Source of the DNA: Phoronis australis
Taxonomy: Eukaryota > Animalia > Phoronida
DNA length: 64,000 nucleotides
Assembly (NCBI GenBank): GCA_002633005.1
Contig: NMRA01000051.1
Span: forward strand, 623,273-687,272
Direction of reading: 5' to 3'
Numbering within the stretch: the stretch's first letter is position 1; each line of letters starts with the position of its first letter. Shown here in pieces: positions 38,413 to 50,677 of this stretch. The notes under the pieces were generated by a model that worked only from the letters and a program-made list of their open reading frames with translations, did not search any database and was not told the DNA's origin. The position numbers and the translations under genes were made by a program.

Positions 38413-40141
38413 TTATGCTTTCTGTGTATCAATGCTTATTTTGCCCATGGACCTAACATGCTGGGCCTCTGGATATTATTTTTCTTGATCCTTGGTTCTG
38501 TGGAGGGAATACCTTACCGGAATATGTTTCACGCCTCACGTTGTGATAGCAACAGAATTTTGTGCTCTGTGAATTATGTCCATTGAAATGACCTCTGACC
38601 TGGATCTGGCGCTTATTGTAATCCGCGGCTTCTTCATTCTTCGTGTCGTTATTATGCCCGGACATAACTGCTTTATATACTTCCGTTGTACCAGCATCTG
38701 CGATCATTTGTGATTGGACCATTAGGTATTGCTGTAGGTTTGATCATGTACTTTATATAGACTCGACCAAACATCAAATACCATAAAATCCGACGTTCAA
38801 CATTAATGCCGAACGTTTCCGTCAACTCAGCATTCTGGTTGAACATTGTGCTATTCAATGGTGAAAATGCCAATGCAATTTTTTAGTTTCTGTTTTAACA
38901 GATTTAAAAATCCTCGTGGTTAAATGCGGCGACACATGATGAACCGTTGTCCAGCACTGGTTATTTTGTCTGATGTACGCGTGTACTCGGTTTAAGCTCA
39001 CTTATAGGGATACAATCGGTATAACTGAAACTGGGTTATGTTATTGATCTTGGTGGTTTGCTATGGATGAAAGTTTCTTTGCCACCTAATTTTCAGAAAA
39101 AATCTTGGTCATTACCTTATTAATGGCAAAGTGGTATGGAAGCAAATGTAATATTCTAGGGAATTTCTGCTCTCAGAAAATATATATTTTTGTTTAGTTA
39201 GATTGTATAGTTTGATTATATCTTGCCAAATGTGCGTACTTGTCGATAAGGTCCTACGTAACCCAAAAGTTGAGAAACACGTTTTATATGGCAAGCTGTT
39301 TTTTGAAAATACACCTGTTGAACTCATCCTGCATTGGCCAATGGGTAACCAGATGTGAGACTGGTTTATAGAGACTGGATGCAGGACATTGCTCGACCCA
39401 ATTTTAGGTTTCTTCCATCACTTGATTATATCACTCTTCCTCAAAAACATCCTCAAGATTTTATATTGGTTAAGACAATATAAAAACGTGAATATACAAC
39501 GGAAAGGCTAAATATAAAATGCCAAGACGAAAATTATACATGTACAAGCATTTATTGTCAGTTTGAAAACAACATAATTTTCATTGTAGAATGGACTAAG
39601 ACACAATTTCGGTTACAGTACGCGGATATCCGAAGCGTGCGTTTATCCCGCAACAACAATTTTGCTCAAGTGTTTCGCACATGGACTCATGGGACTAAGT
39701 TTCTCGTATAAGAAAAGGCAGTTATCACTTGAATATGTGCATGTTTTAAAATATGTTTTGCAAGTCTTTTACGCGCCATTCTTAGTATTTTTCAATAATT
39801 TCAATTAAATAGTTAATTTTAAACGGAAAACAGTTCAGCGTCTATCGTTTGCTGTAAAAAAAGTCAAGCATAACTCAAATGTTATTTTAACATTTTGCTC
39901 TTTAGTTTGACTTAGCTGGTTCGCATATACTTGTAGGCAGATGCGCCTAATTCCGGCTATTGGTGCAGCTTCACAAATATATATGGGTGTGGATATGAAT
40001 ACGCAGTAATCAAACCAAATGGCGGAGCACCGAAAGTGTGCATTTGCCCACAACTGATAATAGCACAAAAATACATTAGCTTCATCTTCGTATTGCTGTA
40101 AAATACAAAATGCTGCAATATGAGGGGATAGATGGCGCTGT

Positions 40142-40261
40142 TTACGAGAACATGTTGTCAGTCATCACGCCCCATACGATCTTCCACGTGTCTTCAGCAT
40201 CGACACTGAAATCGGCACCCAGAGCATTTTTTAGCATGCAAATGAGACCACCTCCGACTAC
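40142..40261 (-). CDS. Globin exon 4 (G7 to stop)
   Basis: ttcattttcag|VVGGGLICMLKNALGADFSVDAEDTWKIVWGVMTDNMFS-TAA, 120 nt. Confidence 0.92.
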   Translation of the reverse strand, partial: VVGGGLICMLKNALGADFSVDAEDTWKIVWGVMTDNMFS

Positions 40262-43200
40262 CTGAAAATGAATTAAAAATTAATGAAAATCGTCTGACTA
40301 AGAGTGAGGTACCTACGCTAGCCGCCGCTTTAAGTTCAAGTTAGTGAGTCTGCTACTTAGAGTTGAGGCTACACTATATATGCTCGCTGGGCCCCTACGT
40401 GCCTAGCCAGCACGCAGGTATCACGCAGTGGCACGCACTTTAGCATTGGTTGATGTAACCTCAGCAGTCATTGGTTGGCTTTACAACACCATGAAAAAAT
40501 GGCGGACAAGCGTGAATAATTTTTAGCCTTGTCAAGTTAGTGGCGTCGCAGCAACTATTTCGTTTCTGCAGCGACGGCCGCGTGCTGGAAGCACATACAT
40601 GTACAATAAACACATGTCTAAGTGGCCGATTTAACCGGTGTGTTATTCATACTTTATGAATACAGGACAGTATCGTAAACAAAAGTCATCGACAGTAGGA
40701 AGATGCATTTCGAAAGGGCGCAACCACAATTTCTAGGATTAACATTTCCTGAACATAAGTTTTAAACACCAATTTGTCTGTACAACAGACCACATTTACA
40801 TTTCAGTCAATCAGTCATGCCAACACAGACTATAGAGTGTCTATGATGCCAGTTTGTTTGCGTAAAGCGCTACCTGTTGCGAATTCGACTAGCCAATCAG
40901 AAACGCCGGGGCAAAAAAAATTCGATACCCGCGTGCTGGCTACTGACCAGCTAGTAGAGGCACGCAGGGAACCAGCGGGCACTACATGTATATGTAGCTT
41001 TATAAGAAGCTGCCAAAATAGCGCACATCATGAGCAGACTTATGGAAGTGGGCTAGTATGACCGAAATGTATAAATAAATAAAACAGTTGTTGGAAGGCC
41101 GTGAAGTTACCGACGGTTAAGAAAAGTAAAATAGTATAAAGTAAAAAGACAAACATCGGTATTAAAATCTATTAAAATATTCGCAACGTTTCGAGCGGAA
41201 CGCTCTTTTAAAGGGCCTGACACAGACTGCCGAATAGATTTATAATCATATCAAGTGGCACAGATGACCATATGCTGACACGCAATAGGCAATAGGAACT
41301 ATACATGTATGGGTCACAACAACCAACAGTGGGACCATGCATTCAGCAGTCTGTGTCATGCCCTTGATAAAGAGCGTACCGCTCGAAACGTGGGGAAATA
41401 CCGAAATGAGTAAGTTTTAACCGACGTCTTAGAGAAATGTGTTGAGTACAGAACAAGCTTCGATCTCTGAACTCTTTACATTTTCGTGTCCGACACTGTA
41501 CTGGCTAAGTTCGAAATTAATTCTTTCGTAGCCACACAAGTCGCCATGCAGAGCCCGACTGGTTGTGACTGCGTTCGTATACTCAAGACATTCGCAAAGT
41601 ACATGCTATGCGGCTAGAAATGTTGGCTTTGTGGCGGGAACCGAAATAACGACGAGAATTAAGGTACAGTACCATGAATAAAAAGAAACTAAAGTACAAA
41701 CGGGATACATCTTCTTCTGAATTCCATATCCGGTGTGAGTTGACCCAGTTGACTTCAATGTGGCACACATTTTGCCCTCGTCATCGATTTCACTCACCAC
41801 CTGTGTAATGCGGGAGAAAATCTGAAAGAAAATCATTTTCAATGCACAATATATGTACGCATTTCACTCAGTGAATTCTCGTCCGTTTGCGAGCAGTTAC
41901 ATGTATCATACCAAGCTTTTGGATTTTTTAACACTGGCACGCATCTGAGAGGAAAAATCCAAACAAAGAATTTATTTAAAAATCATGTGTTTTAGGGCCA
42001 GAGTCTAATCTTCGTAATGGAGGTCTGACGGCGCATCGGCGCCTTTACCCAATTTTCTTTGCTCCCACGTCAGTCGCCGATAACATTCGCAAACCCTTTT
42101 CATGCCCCTCCCCCCGACCGTTATGAACAATTTTCACCACCCTTCAGTTTTGCTTTTCCCATCCGTTTAGACCGAGTGGTGCTATTACGGGAGCTGGTGC
42201 TACCCATTGACCCTAAACTATTTCTGTCGATGCTTTGCTTTACTTATGCGTCACCTCACATCCAAAGTAATGTATCGCCTCAGTGATCTCGCTATGCCAC
42301 CACGCCGATATTAGCCTTATGGATCCACGAAGCCCAGCTCCAACCACTCAACTATAAATATTATCGAGCCAGGTTTTGCGGACGTGATAAATATCAGGGT
42401 TTGATCTGCACCGGATAATCTGCAACCGAGATCGTTAGCACACTACCAAAGAGCATCGAGGTGGAGTATCAATAAGCGATTCCCTTCAACGGCGCCTCGA
42501 TGTTTCCGGGTACGTGAGCGGTGTCTGGCACTAAGTAGTTAATGGCACTGACACACCAGCCGACCCCTCCCTGACACCATGTATGTAACCTAATCAACTA
42601 TCAGGGATAGTAATAAGTTACAAATTGGATATTAAATTCCCGGGCAACGTTTACGTTTAGCGCATTATCAACTTCCGCTCTAGTACAATTCTGACAGTGA
42701 AGACGACGTTGTGAAATAAACGAAAAAACACCAAGGGGAAAAGTAGCTACGTGTAAAATAGAAAAGGTCCTTCGGCTTTTCTGTCCACCTTCGTTGAAAT
42801 TACTTGAAATTATCTTGATTTGAAAAATCAGTTTTTAAAGCTCACCACCCACCTATAAGTGCCTCTCTGAATTATGTTTTTTCCCTTTATTTACTTTCGA
42901 CACCTTTTACTGCCTTTCACCTGGAGTTGTTTGGTACGAATATGGCCAAATCGTCATCTAGTTCTACCAGCCCAGATGCCACCATTTGTCGAAGCTAGCG
43001 GCGTTGCAACGCCGTCATATCGGAAATGGGTCAGAATGTTGCATTGTGGTTATGACGGTATGATTCAGTAAACAAGTACGTAGGCAAGCGTACGGGCAAA
43101 CCGGCCACGGAGAGGTTATACGTGTTGTGTGCCTGGCTGCTATAATAACAGTTAGTGAGATAAAGAATTTAATTACTACCTGTTTCCCAAGGATCAAGAG

Positions 43201-46200
43201 CTGTGTAAAAATGGGTCAGAAACATCGGTAGAGCTGATAGAAAAGGACGATTTAATGAATTCTTTCCAACTTCGTGGCATAAAGCATGCAGCGCTCATTT
43301 TGAGGGCGGCGAGAAAACGTACCTTGGAAACTGCCCTACAATATTTCCCCTGAAAGAAACAGCAACAAATACTCCACGGCGGAGGGTAGTGAAGAAAAAC
43401 TTGTTTTCGCTTGACCAGAACTAAGCCAATCTGAGCAATTTTGAGTATAATGCCACTGCACAATCATCTGTTCTGTCGACTCACTTAACGCACACTATGG
43501 ATTAACGCGCTAAGACAAAGTCCAGATCAATATTATTTATTTTCTACAAAATTGTAATTGCTATCAAACCTCGTTCTTAAATTACGATCAATTTTCAGAA
43601 AATTGTGCTGAAATTCCAGGGCGAAATCTCGCCGACAGATGCGAAGCTGTCTCGCAATCGTCGGTAGGGCAACTTAAATTCTTGCATTGTAACCAAAGAA
43701 ATTAACTGAAGTACTAAAGCAAAACGTGTTTTAATATTTAGCACTTGCTGGCCTCATCTGCTAAAAAACGCTCATTGAGTCGCCAGATGCGTGACCGTAG
43801 TGTAACAGCTATTTCCGGGAGATTCGGGGTGTAAGGGTATGAATGTGTTCACTATCAGTGGGTCATTTTGACTTTGAAAACACCAATTATGATTAATTAA
43901 ATAATTTCTCTTATAAATAATGCAAAATTTTGCTATGGTATTAGAAACTTCCGGAAATTAGGGTCAATATTTATTTCTTGCCGATGCTATGTTACCCGTT
44001 TCATGAATAGGTAGTTCCCGACTAAATATCTTGATGACAGCCGGTACATTATGTAGCGGGCGCTTCTTGGCCGCGTGCTAACACTGATCAAGTTTTTTTA
44101 TTAGTCTTCGATTCACGGTTTTCACGTGTACAAAGAAATTTGGATTCCTCTTGAGGAGGAAAAGATCTGTATCGGAAAGATACAATGCAATCCCGCTGAC
44201 AAGTACGATGCGTTTGTTTTCGAAGTCCTGACCATATTGGGACACGTTCCTTGCAAGAGCAGCAAAACTTCTGCGTTCTCTTTGAATCGCGGCATAAGTT
44301 TAAAGTGTAGTCACGGCTAAAAATAGTCAGCCAGCTAGCTGTATGAAGACTATCGTCAAAATACAGCTAGGTACCATGATTGTGTGCTAATCGTCCATAG
44401 ACCCCGAAATTCCACACAGCCAGGGTAGTTCTGCTCGTTACCTCGCCGTGAAACTTGTTTCAACATGTAAAGCTAAAGACTGGGCGGGATGCATGCAAAA
44501 TCTGGGAGTCAACCAACACTCACCTTGCCCGTTACAACCGTTTAAACCTAATCCCAGATTACCTTTTTCAAAAACAAAAACACATGTTTTGTGTGAACTT
44601 TTCGCCTCTGTGGCAGTGACCGCGATCTTAGTGGAAAATCAGACAGAACATTCTGGTTTCAGTCTGTTTGTCACTTACGGAAGCAAGTCTTTCGTGAAAA
44701 CATTTTATCGTAATGAAATCTCTTAAGAAATGGAAAACAAGATTATACATGACTGGAAAGTGGGTTGTGATACATGCACATTTATGTCTTGCTTGAAAAA
44801 AATTCTTTTACGCCCCTTTCTCAAAAGGAGTCTGTCAGTGGTGTTGCCAAAGTTGTCAACGCGTCTTAGAATAGCAAGACTTACCGAGCGATTTTCAACA
44901 CGTCATTGTTGACGCCATGGAAGTTCAGCCATCTTCATAAAACTGGGATTTTGAGTTAGGGGACCAAGGCAGAGCATTAGCCAGGATTTTGCCTGTCAGA
45001 CATTCGCACCCCCGAACATCCAAGTGGAATCTGGAAGAATTTTAGGGGGGGGGGGCATGGCCCCCTTGTCCCGTATTCAATCCGCCACTGTAAAGCATCA
45101 GTGAACAGACGAAGCAATGTGCATGAATAACTAGACGGGTTCTGTGCGTTGTCACGTTTGAAAGCAAAACTGAACTTGCCACATTCATCTACATATAAAT
45201 AAACGGCCATTATAAGTTTTCGTACTTACATTTGGCGGTGTACTAATTAAAAAAGACGTCAACATTAACAGTTGCGCGGACAAATTCAAATGTTTTCACG
45301 CGTTACTGTTTTACTCAAAAGACAGCACTACTGCTATAGACGAATACGACATCTGCTGAAAGGAATATTATCAGCACGAAGTGATTTTCTGATATCGGCT
45401 TCACTTCAGCGTTGAATCGAGCTTGCAACCCCTGCGGTCAAAGCCCGAACGCTGTGCTAGCGGTGTGAAACCCCACTCGATGAATACCAGGAAAAATAAT
45501 TTTAAGCGTTTCACCTGGTGAAGTTATCGGCCTTCAATTCAACGAATGTCAGGAAGACAACGGTGAGAATAGCTGACTTCCGAAATAACCGGCCATCCCT
45601 CCACTGAGACGGCGATCAGGATTGCGTTCAGTAACGCTAGGACCAACGCTAGGACACACGCTAGGACCTAGCTATATTCTATCCGAAGTCACGTGCTCTC
45701 ATTCAAAGTACACGGCAATATCTCACGTAATCCCGCGAAGTCTTGCTTTTTAGCGAGTTCCTAGCGTTACTGAACGAGAGGCCCGTCTTTGGTGGACTGA
45801 GGAGTTCAGCGCCACCTACAGATCCGATGTAATGCGGACAGGAGCTATCAGCTTACTGGTATAACCAGCGTTTTAACACCATTCCTGCAATTTTAATCCC
45901 AGCAAATTTCCACTAATGTGCTGTGGGATGTACTAATGCCTTGTGAAAAAAGTAAACCTTGGGAAATATGAATGGATGACTTTTGTGATCTCATACACTA
46001 CATGAGAGAGCGCCAATATCGCCCTGTTGGGGATTCGGAATAAAATCACAAAAACACCGTCAATGGGTTTTGTTGTTTCATGAATCTGGTCAACTTCAAG
46101 AAGTTTATCCCGTCCAGCAATAATTCCAAAACTGCGTTTTTGGCCGTAAAACTGATAATGCAATTTATAGTGATAAAAACGGACACGTTTTTGTGGTACC

Positions 46201-49200
46201 GCGAGGGGGGAGAGCCTTGACATTAAAGCGACCCGCAAATTATATTAATTTCTTCAACAGACAGACAAATAGTGGCGAACTACCGAAGCCCACGAGAAAC
46301 CAAAAGTTAGTGACAACCGAGAGATTGCGAAACTGGGAGAGTATCGGAAAAGCAGCACATCATGACGGGTGTTGACGGAGGGAGGGACGAAACAGATGTC
46401 GAGGCGGGTGTGTGCTCAAATTTTATTCGCATCCATCACTAAGAGACCTTCCAAGGCTGATGGCTAATTTTCATTTTTTGGATTTCTGATAGTACATCGG
46501 CGCCCCTCCTTGATTGACGCCTGGCTAACTGAACTACAAACCTACCCTGTCGATATGTTTAGTCATCTCGGGATTCTCTACGGGATCACCACTGCATGTG
46601 GCAGTGAACTTCCACAAGGCTTTAGTGTCGGGGTCCTCGAAGACTCTGAAACACGGGAAATTGATCAACATTGCCATTGAGGTTATCACCAAGCATACTT
46701 GTATTTTACTCTTAATATTAAGTTCTGCGCTTGTTTTATGTCACGAAACTATACATGCCGTTAGCAAAAAAAGACGAAATCCCTTGCTGTGGAATTTCCT
46801 CGCAAGAACACATCACGTAAAGTCTCTAGACGCGATCTTGACGGAGGTAAAATCGGGCCGTTAAGGTAGTTACATTGACATATAAGACGACGATGGTGAC
46901 AATGACGACAATGGTGTTGATGGTGACGAGGATGGGAACAGTAGTGGAAATGATGACTATTGCTGCCGTATACAGCATGTAGCAGTACTTCTACATTATT
47001 ATAGCCTTTCTTTCATTCTTCGACGTTGCCGTGCATATTATTCACGCAGTCGCTATTAAAGTAGTGAGCCTCTTTTAGGTTTAAAAAACAATGCGTTTGA
47101 GCCATAAATATAACGAGGCGAGCGAAAAAAAATCACGCTTTGCGCTGATATTAAGCGTAGAATGCATTGTTTTTAAAACCTAAGAAGAGGCTCACTTTTA
47201 AATGGCGACTATTTGAATGTTTGGGCATTGTGGTTATTCACAATCTGTTTCATGATCAATGTGGCCATTAAAGTCTTACAACAGAAACTTGGTCTTACAC
47301 TCCACTTCACGATTGCTGAACAATTGCTAACTCATCATGCAGTAATTAACTGATGTGACAAGCATGGTGACTGTCAACTCTCCTTTTTGACATACTGGTT
47401 TCACGACTAAGTATAAACGAGTAAACTACCGGACGGTGTGAAATTTCGTGGTCTACGGGAAATTAATACACAGCGGTTCCTAGATGTAGTTTGACGTTAC
47501 TCTTCATACAGCTGGCTGGCTGTGCATCATGGCTGCATGGTGACGATGAGGAGAAAGTCGATGAAAGGAATGGTGATCCTAATGATGATGGAGATGGTGA
47601 TGACGACCACTATTCTGAAAACTGACAGTATCGCAGAATTTGAATTTTAGAACATCGTATAGTTATGCTGCAAATTGTTGGATGGAGCTTGTGTATATAC
47701 GTGGATAATATCACCTTTCAGTTGAAAATTTGAAGAATGTAAATTGTTTATGTGAACTCAAAACACCTATTTGAAATGGCCGGGTTATCGGTCCACGTTT
47801 TCAGATGCATCTCAGTAAGTCTCAACTGAAAAAATTGCAGCAAATTTCCATGCCCTCGAAACTATTTTTGAACTGAGTTATCGGGACCTTTACACATACA
47901 ATGCGGTTTTAATGACCTCTTGGTGTACTGGAGAGATAACGAATGTAATACAGGACTGCCCCAGATCTAGTTATTGTTCCTAACACTAAGAATGCTTGCC
48001 ATTTTTGGACAGAGTAAGAAAGTGTGGATTTAATCACATTGACCTGTTTACGGATAGCACGAGACGTCATATACGCAAATTTGGGTTAGGGGTTATCCAT
48101 AGGAGCAACGCTAGTACATGTAAATACATTATTCGTAGAAATTATTTCATATTAATATTATTTCAAGCAGCCAAAAGTCCAGTTTATCATAGATGCGAGT
48201 CAACTGGTAACGTCTGCCCAAAATCCACTGCCAGCTTACCAAGCAGACGATCACCTCCGTGATATTTTTTGGATCCTTGATTGGATGACTCGTAAATCAC
48301 GATGCATTCCGTGAATTCAAATTTCAGTCTGCAGAAAGAAAATGGGAAATCCAGTCAAAATTTCATAATAAATTTACGAAAGGAAAATTGAAATATTCCC
48401 ATTTGTTCAATATTGTATTTTCAATGTGTAAAACGAAAATAGAACACCCGATTTCTGTTCAATATAATCCAGTACCAGTTTGCAAAATGAAAATTGAAAA
48501 TTCAGTACACCTCTGTTCCCTGTGTTTGCGATGTAAACTCAGATATCAAATTAATGCTCGTCATTGATTTTAATGATTTTTAAACAGTCGACATTCGAAA
48601 AGGGAATGCTAAACAGCCTGTCAGTGAAATCTCCCACTGACAGATATTTCGATCAAAACCTGATACTGACCTATAGAAAAGGCTACGTATGCCGCATTCG
48701 GGAAGTCAAAAACTGCTTAAGTGGCAGCGAATCTGCGACAACGATCAACAGTTATGATAAATATATATAATTGAATTAACCAGTGACAGTAGAGAGGTTA
48801 CGCAAACATACGTGTACGGTAACGTGTAGGCTAAGTGTAAAAGAGATTCCTTTTTAGAGAGCGGTACGTCATTACGCTCAGCGTTTATTATTTTCCCGGT
48901 GTGGGGACCCTGATCATTAGCCATGAATTTAGTCAGGGTAAAAAAACTTCGCTTAGAGTGCGGAAACAGTAAACTTTGTCCCATAATTCTTGAATTCTAT
49001 CCCATAATTTACCATTCCAACGTTTCCGACCAATCACATTTGCCGCCATTTTGCTAGGTTACGCCAATATACTGTACATGTACATGTAAGGTCTCGTGAT
49101 TGTGAATGGTCTTGAGTTGTCTCGCATTTTGTCGAAAGAAACTTGGTCCCGCGTAGCGCCTTCCTATATTTCGTGTTTGAACTTGTCCTAGTAGATTAAT

Positions 49201-50582
49201 ATGAATTCGTTATTTGTAAAGACATTGGAAAGTTGACAAAAGCATAACAAATTTTGTTACGATTACCTCCACGATGACAGACGTGACATACTAGAATCTT
49301 ATTCAAGATAATAACCTAACGCTGGCATCAGAGTAGGCACAAGGGGGCATCCTGGTACGAAGGCGGGTCAATGTTTTACATCTCCGGCAACCGATGGTGA
49401 ACGTGAACTACGGTATAATCCGTTAAAATCAAAAATCGAAAATCGGATTTTGAGCAAAAATCGGATTTTCGTTTTACAAGTAGCAAATGTGATATTGAAT
49501 AAAAGTTGGATCTCCATTTTCGTTTTGCACGGAATTTACGTGATTCTCATACCTCGATGCTCTGGGTTGCACAGGCGTCGATTTTCGCTATCGATAGAAA
49601 GGTCAATTCTAATAGGCTAAATATGTTTCAACTCACACTCTAAGGCATTAATATTTGAAAAGTTCCAAGAGGAATCATTTAATTTCCAAAAGGTTATCCA
49701 CTGGCATTTTGACTAGTGCTTGGCATATTGTGTGAAGAGTGAAGTGTTAGTTGACGCTGCAGTAAACCGTGTTCTGGTGGCAAAACATCAACTTTCTTCT
49801 TTGACTGAATTGAAATTGATCACAAGAAATTGTACAGAATTCCCCAGATGGCCACACTGCATTGGCGGCTGAAGTTATGTATATATACATGTAGGCCCGC
49901 TGTGACAAGCAATTTAACGAGCCTGGTCTCAAACAATAATGACACGCCAGTTCTGCTTAAGGCTGGAATTCAATTCTAACGAGTAAGAAACAATATGGTA
50001 CCGGTTTTATAACCACAAGTGACAAAAATTAAAAGTTGTTTCTTTAATAGAAAGTTTTTTAAACGGTTAAACCTCTTAAAATGTCAGGGACTCGCCTTCA
50101 CAGGTAACAAAAAGAAATAGGCTCGAGTAGCGATGCCACGTGAATAACACATAGAGTGAATAAAAAAGCGAAATGAGTTGTGAAACACTTCGCAAAACAC
50201 AAGAGTCAAGCTGCTGCCCGGAACGACAGTGCAAAACTTGTCACTTGCAGTGCTGTAGTGGGGCGTAGGCGCACGTAGGCGTAGCCAACCGCCTGTTGGC
50301 ATTTGAACGTAGCGCTTACGCACCGTAAGTTACGTTCATTGCTCATTGTGATACGATGGGTTTTGTTGCCTACTTTCCTCTAAATTTACCACTACAGCAC
50401 TGGTCACTTGATAAACATGATCTGTTTTTGAAGAGCAAGGTACTTGCTTTCTGCATAGTTTCTTCACACTTCCCGTAAATCACTTACTTGCGGAACATCA
50501 CCTTGCCATTGGCGTGCCTGTTCTTCTCAATAACACCCCACTGGCTTTTCACCAAGGACTTTTGTGCTGCAGATAAACCCAT
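40142..50582 (-). CDS. Globin (neuroglobin-type gene structure), complete, 144 aa
   Basis: Exons 50582-50488, 46645-46546, 41821-41702 and 40261-40142 splice in frame to MGLSAAQKSLVKSQWGVIEKNRHANGKVMFRKVFEDPDTKALWKFTATCSGDPVENPEMTKHIDRIFSRITQVVSEIDDEGKMCATLKSTGSTHTGYGIQKKMYPVVGGGLICMLKNALGADFSVDAEDTWKIVWGVMTDNMFS*. A12 Trp, B10 Phe, C2 Pro, E7 His, F8 His and H8 Trp are present; introns fall at B12.2, E11.0 and G7.0. Confidence 0.93.
41186..41391. mobile_element. Inverted pair of Penelope-like terminal repeats with a hammerhead-like core, in globin intron 3
   Basis: Arms 41186-41235 and 41341-41391 are reverse complements; the right arm reads cttgataaagagcgtaccgctcgaaacgt. Confidence 0.55.
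41702..41821 (-). CDS. Globin exon 3 (E11-G6, proximal His)
   Basis: ttttctttcag|IFSRITQVVSEIDDEGKMCATLKSTGSTHTGYGIQKKMYP|gtttgt, 120 nt. Confidence 0.92.
44108..44320 (+). pseudogene. Degenerate HIRAN-like domain fragment in globin intron 2
   Basis: SIHGFHVYKEIWIP...NPADKYDAFVFEVLTILGHVPCKSSKTSAFSLNRG fits the RGFHVYK.IW.P...N..D.YAV.V...IVGHVP..IS..C..FL.RG pattern; no clear start, early stop. Confidence 0.65.
46546..46645 (-). CDS. Globin exon 2 (B13-E10)
   Basis: gtgtttcag|VFEDPDTKALWKFTATCSGDPVENPEMTKHIDR|gtaggt, 100 nt, phase 2-0. Confidence 0.9.
47048..47210. repeat. Palindromic foldback element in globin intron 1
   Basis: agtcgctattaaa..agtgagcctctt.taggtttaaaaaacaatgc pairs with gcattgtttttaaaacctaagaagaggctcact..taaatggcgact. 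Confidence 0.8.
50488..50582 (-). CDS. Globin exon 1 (helices A-B)
   Basis: MGLSAAQKSLVKSQWGVIEKNRHANGKVMFR(K)|gtaagt, 95 nt, phase 2. Confidence 0.92.
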
Positions 50583-50668
50583 TCTATTGACTCCTTTCCA
50601 ACCCTTATTTCTTCATGAAACTCAAGCAAATGTTCACCCGGACTGTATTTTTCTGACGTAGGACTGTG

Positions 50669-50677
50669 TTTTATATA
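50669..50677 (-). promoter_or_regulatory. Putative TATA box of the globin gene
   Basis: TATATAAAA on the minus strand about 90 nt upstream of the ATG, with an Inr-like CAGT about 30 nt downstream (50645-50642). Confidence 0.65.

Noticed and set aside
45933-46238. ORF containing LALSHVVYEI, superficially like a globin F helix
   Set aside because: The proximal-His exon is clearly 41821-41702; this ORF's phases and length do not fit.
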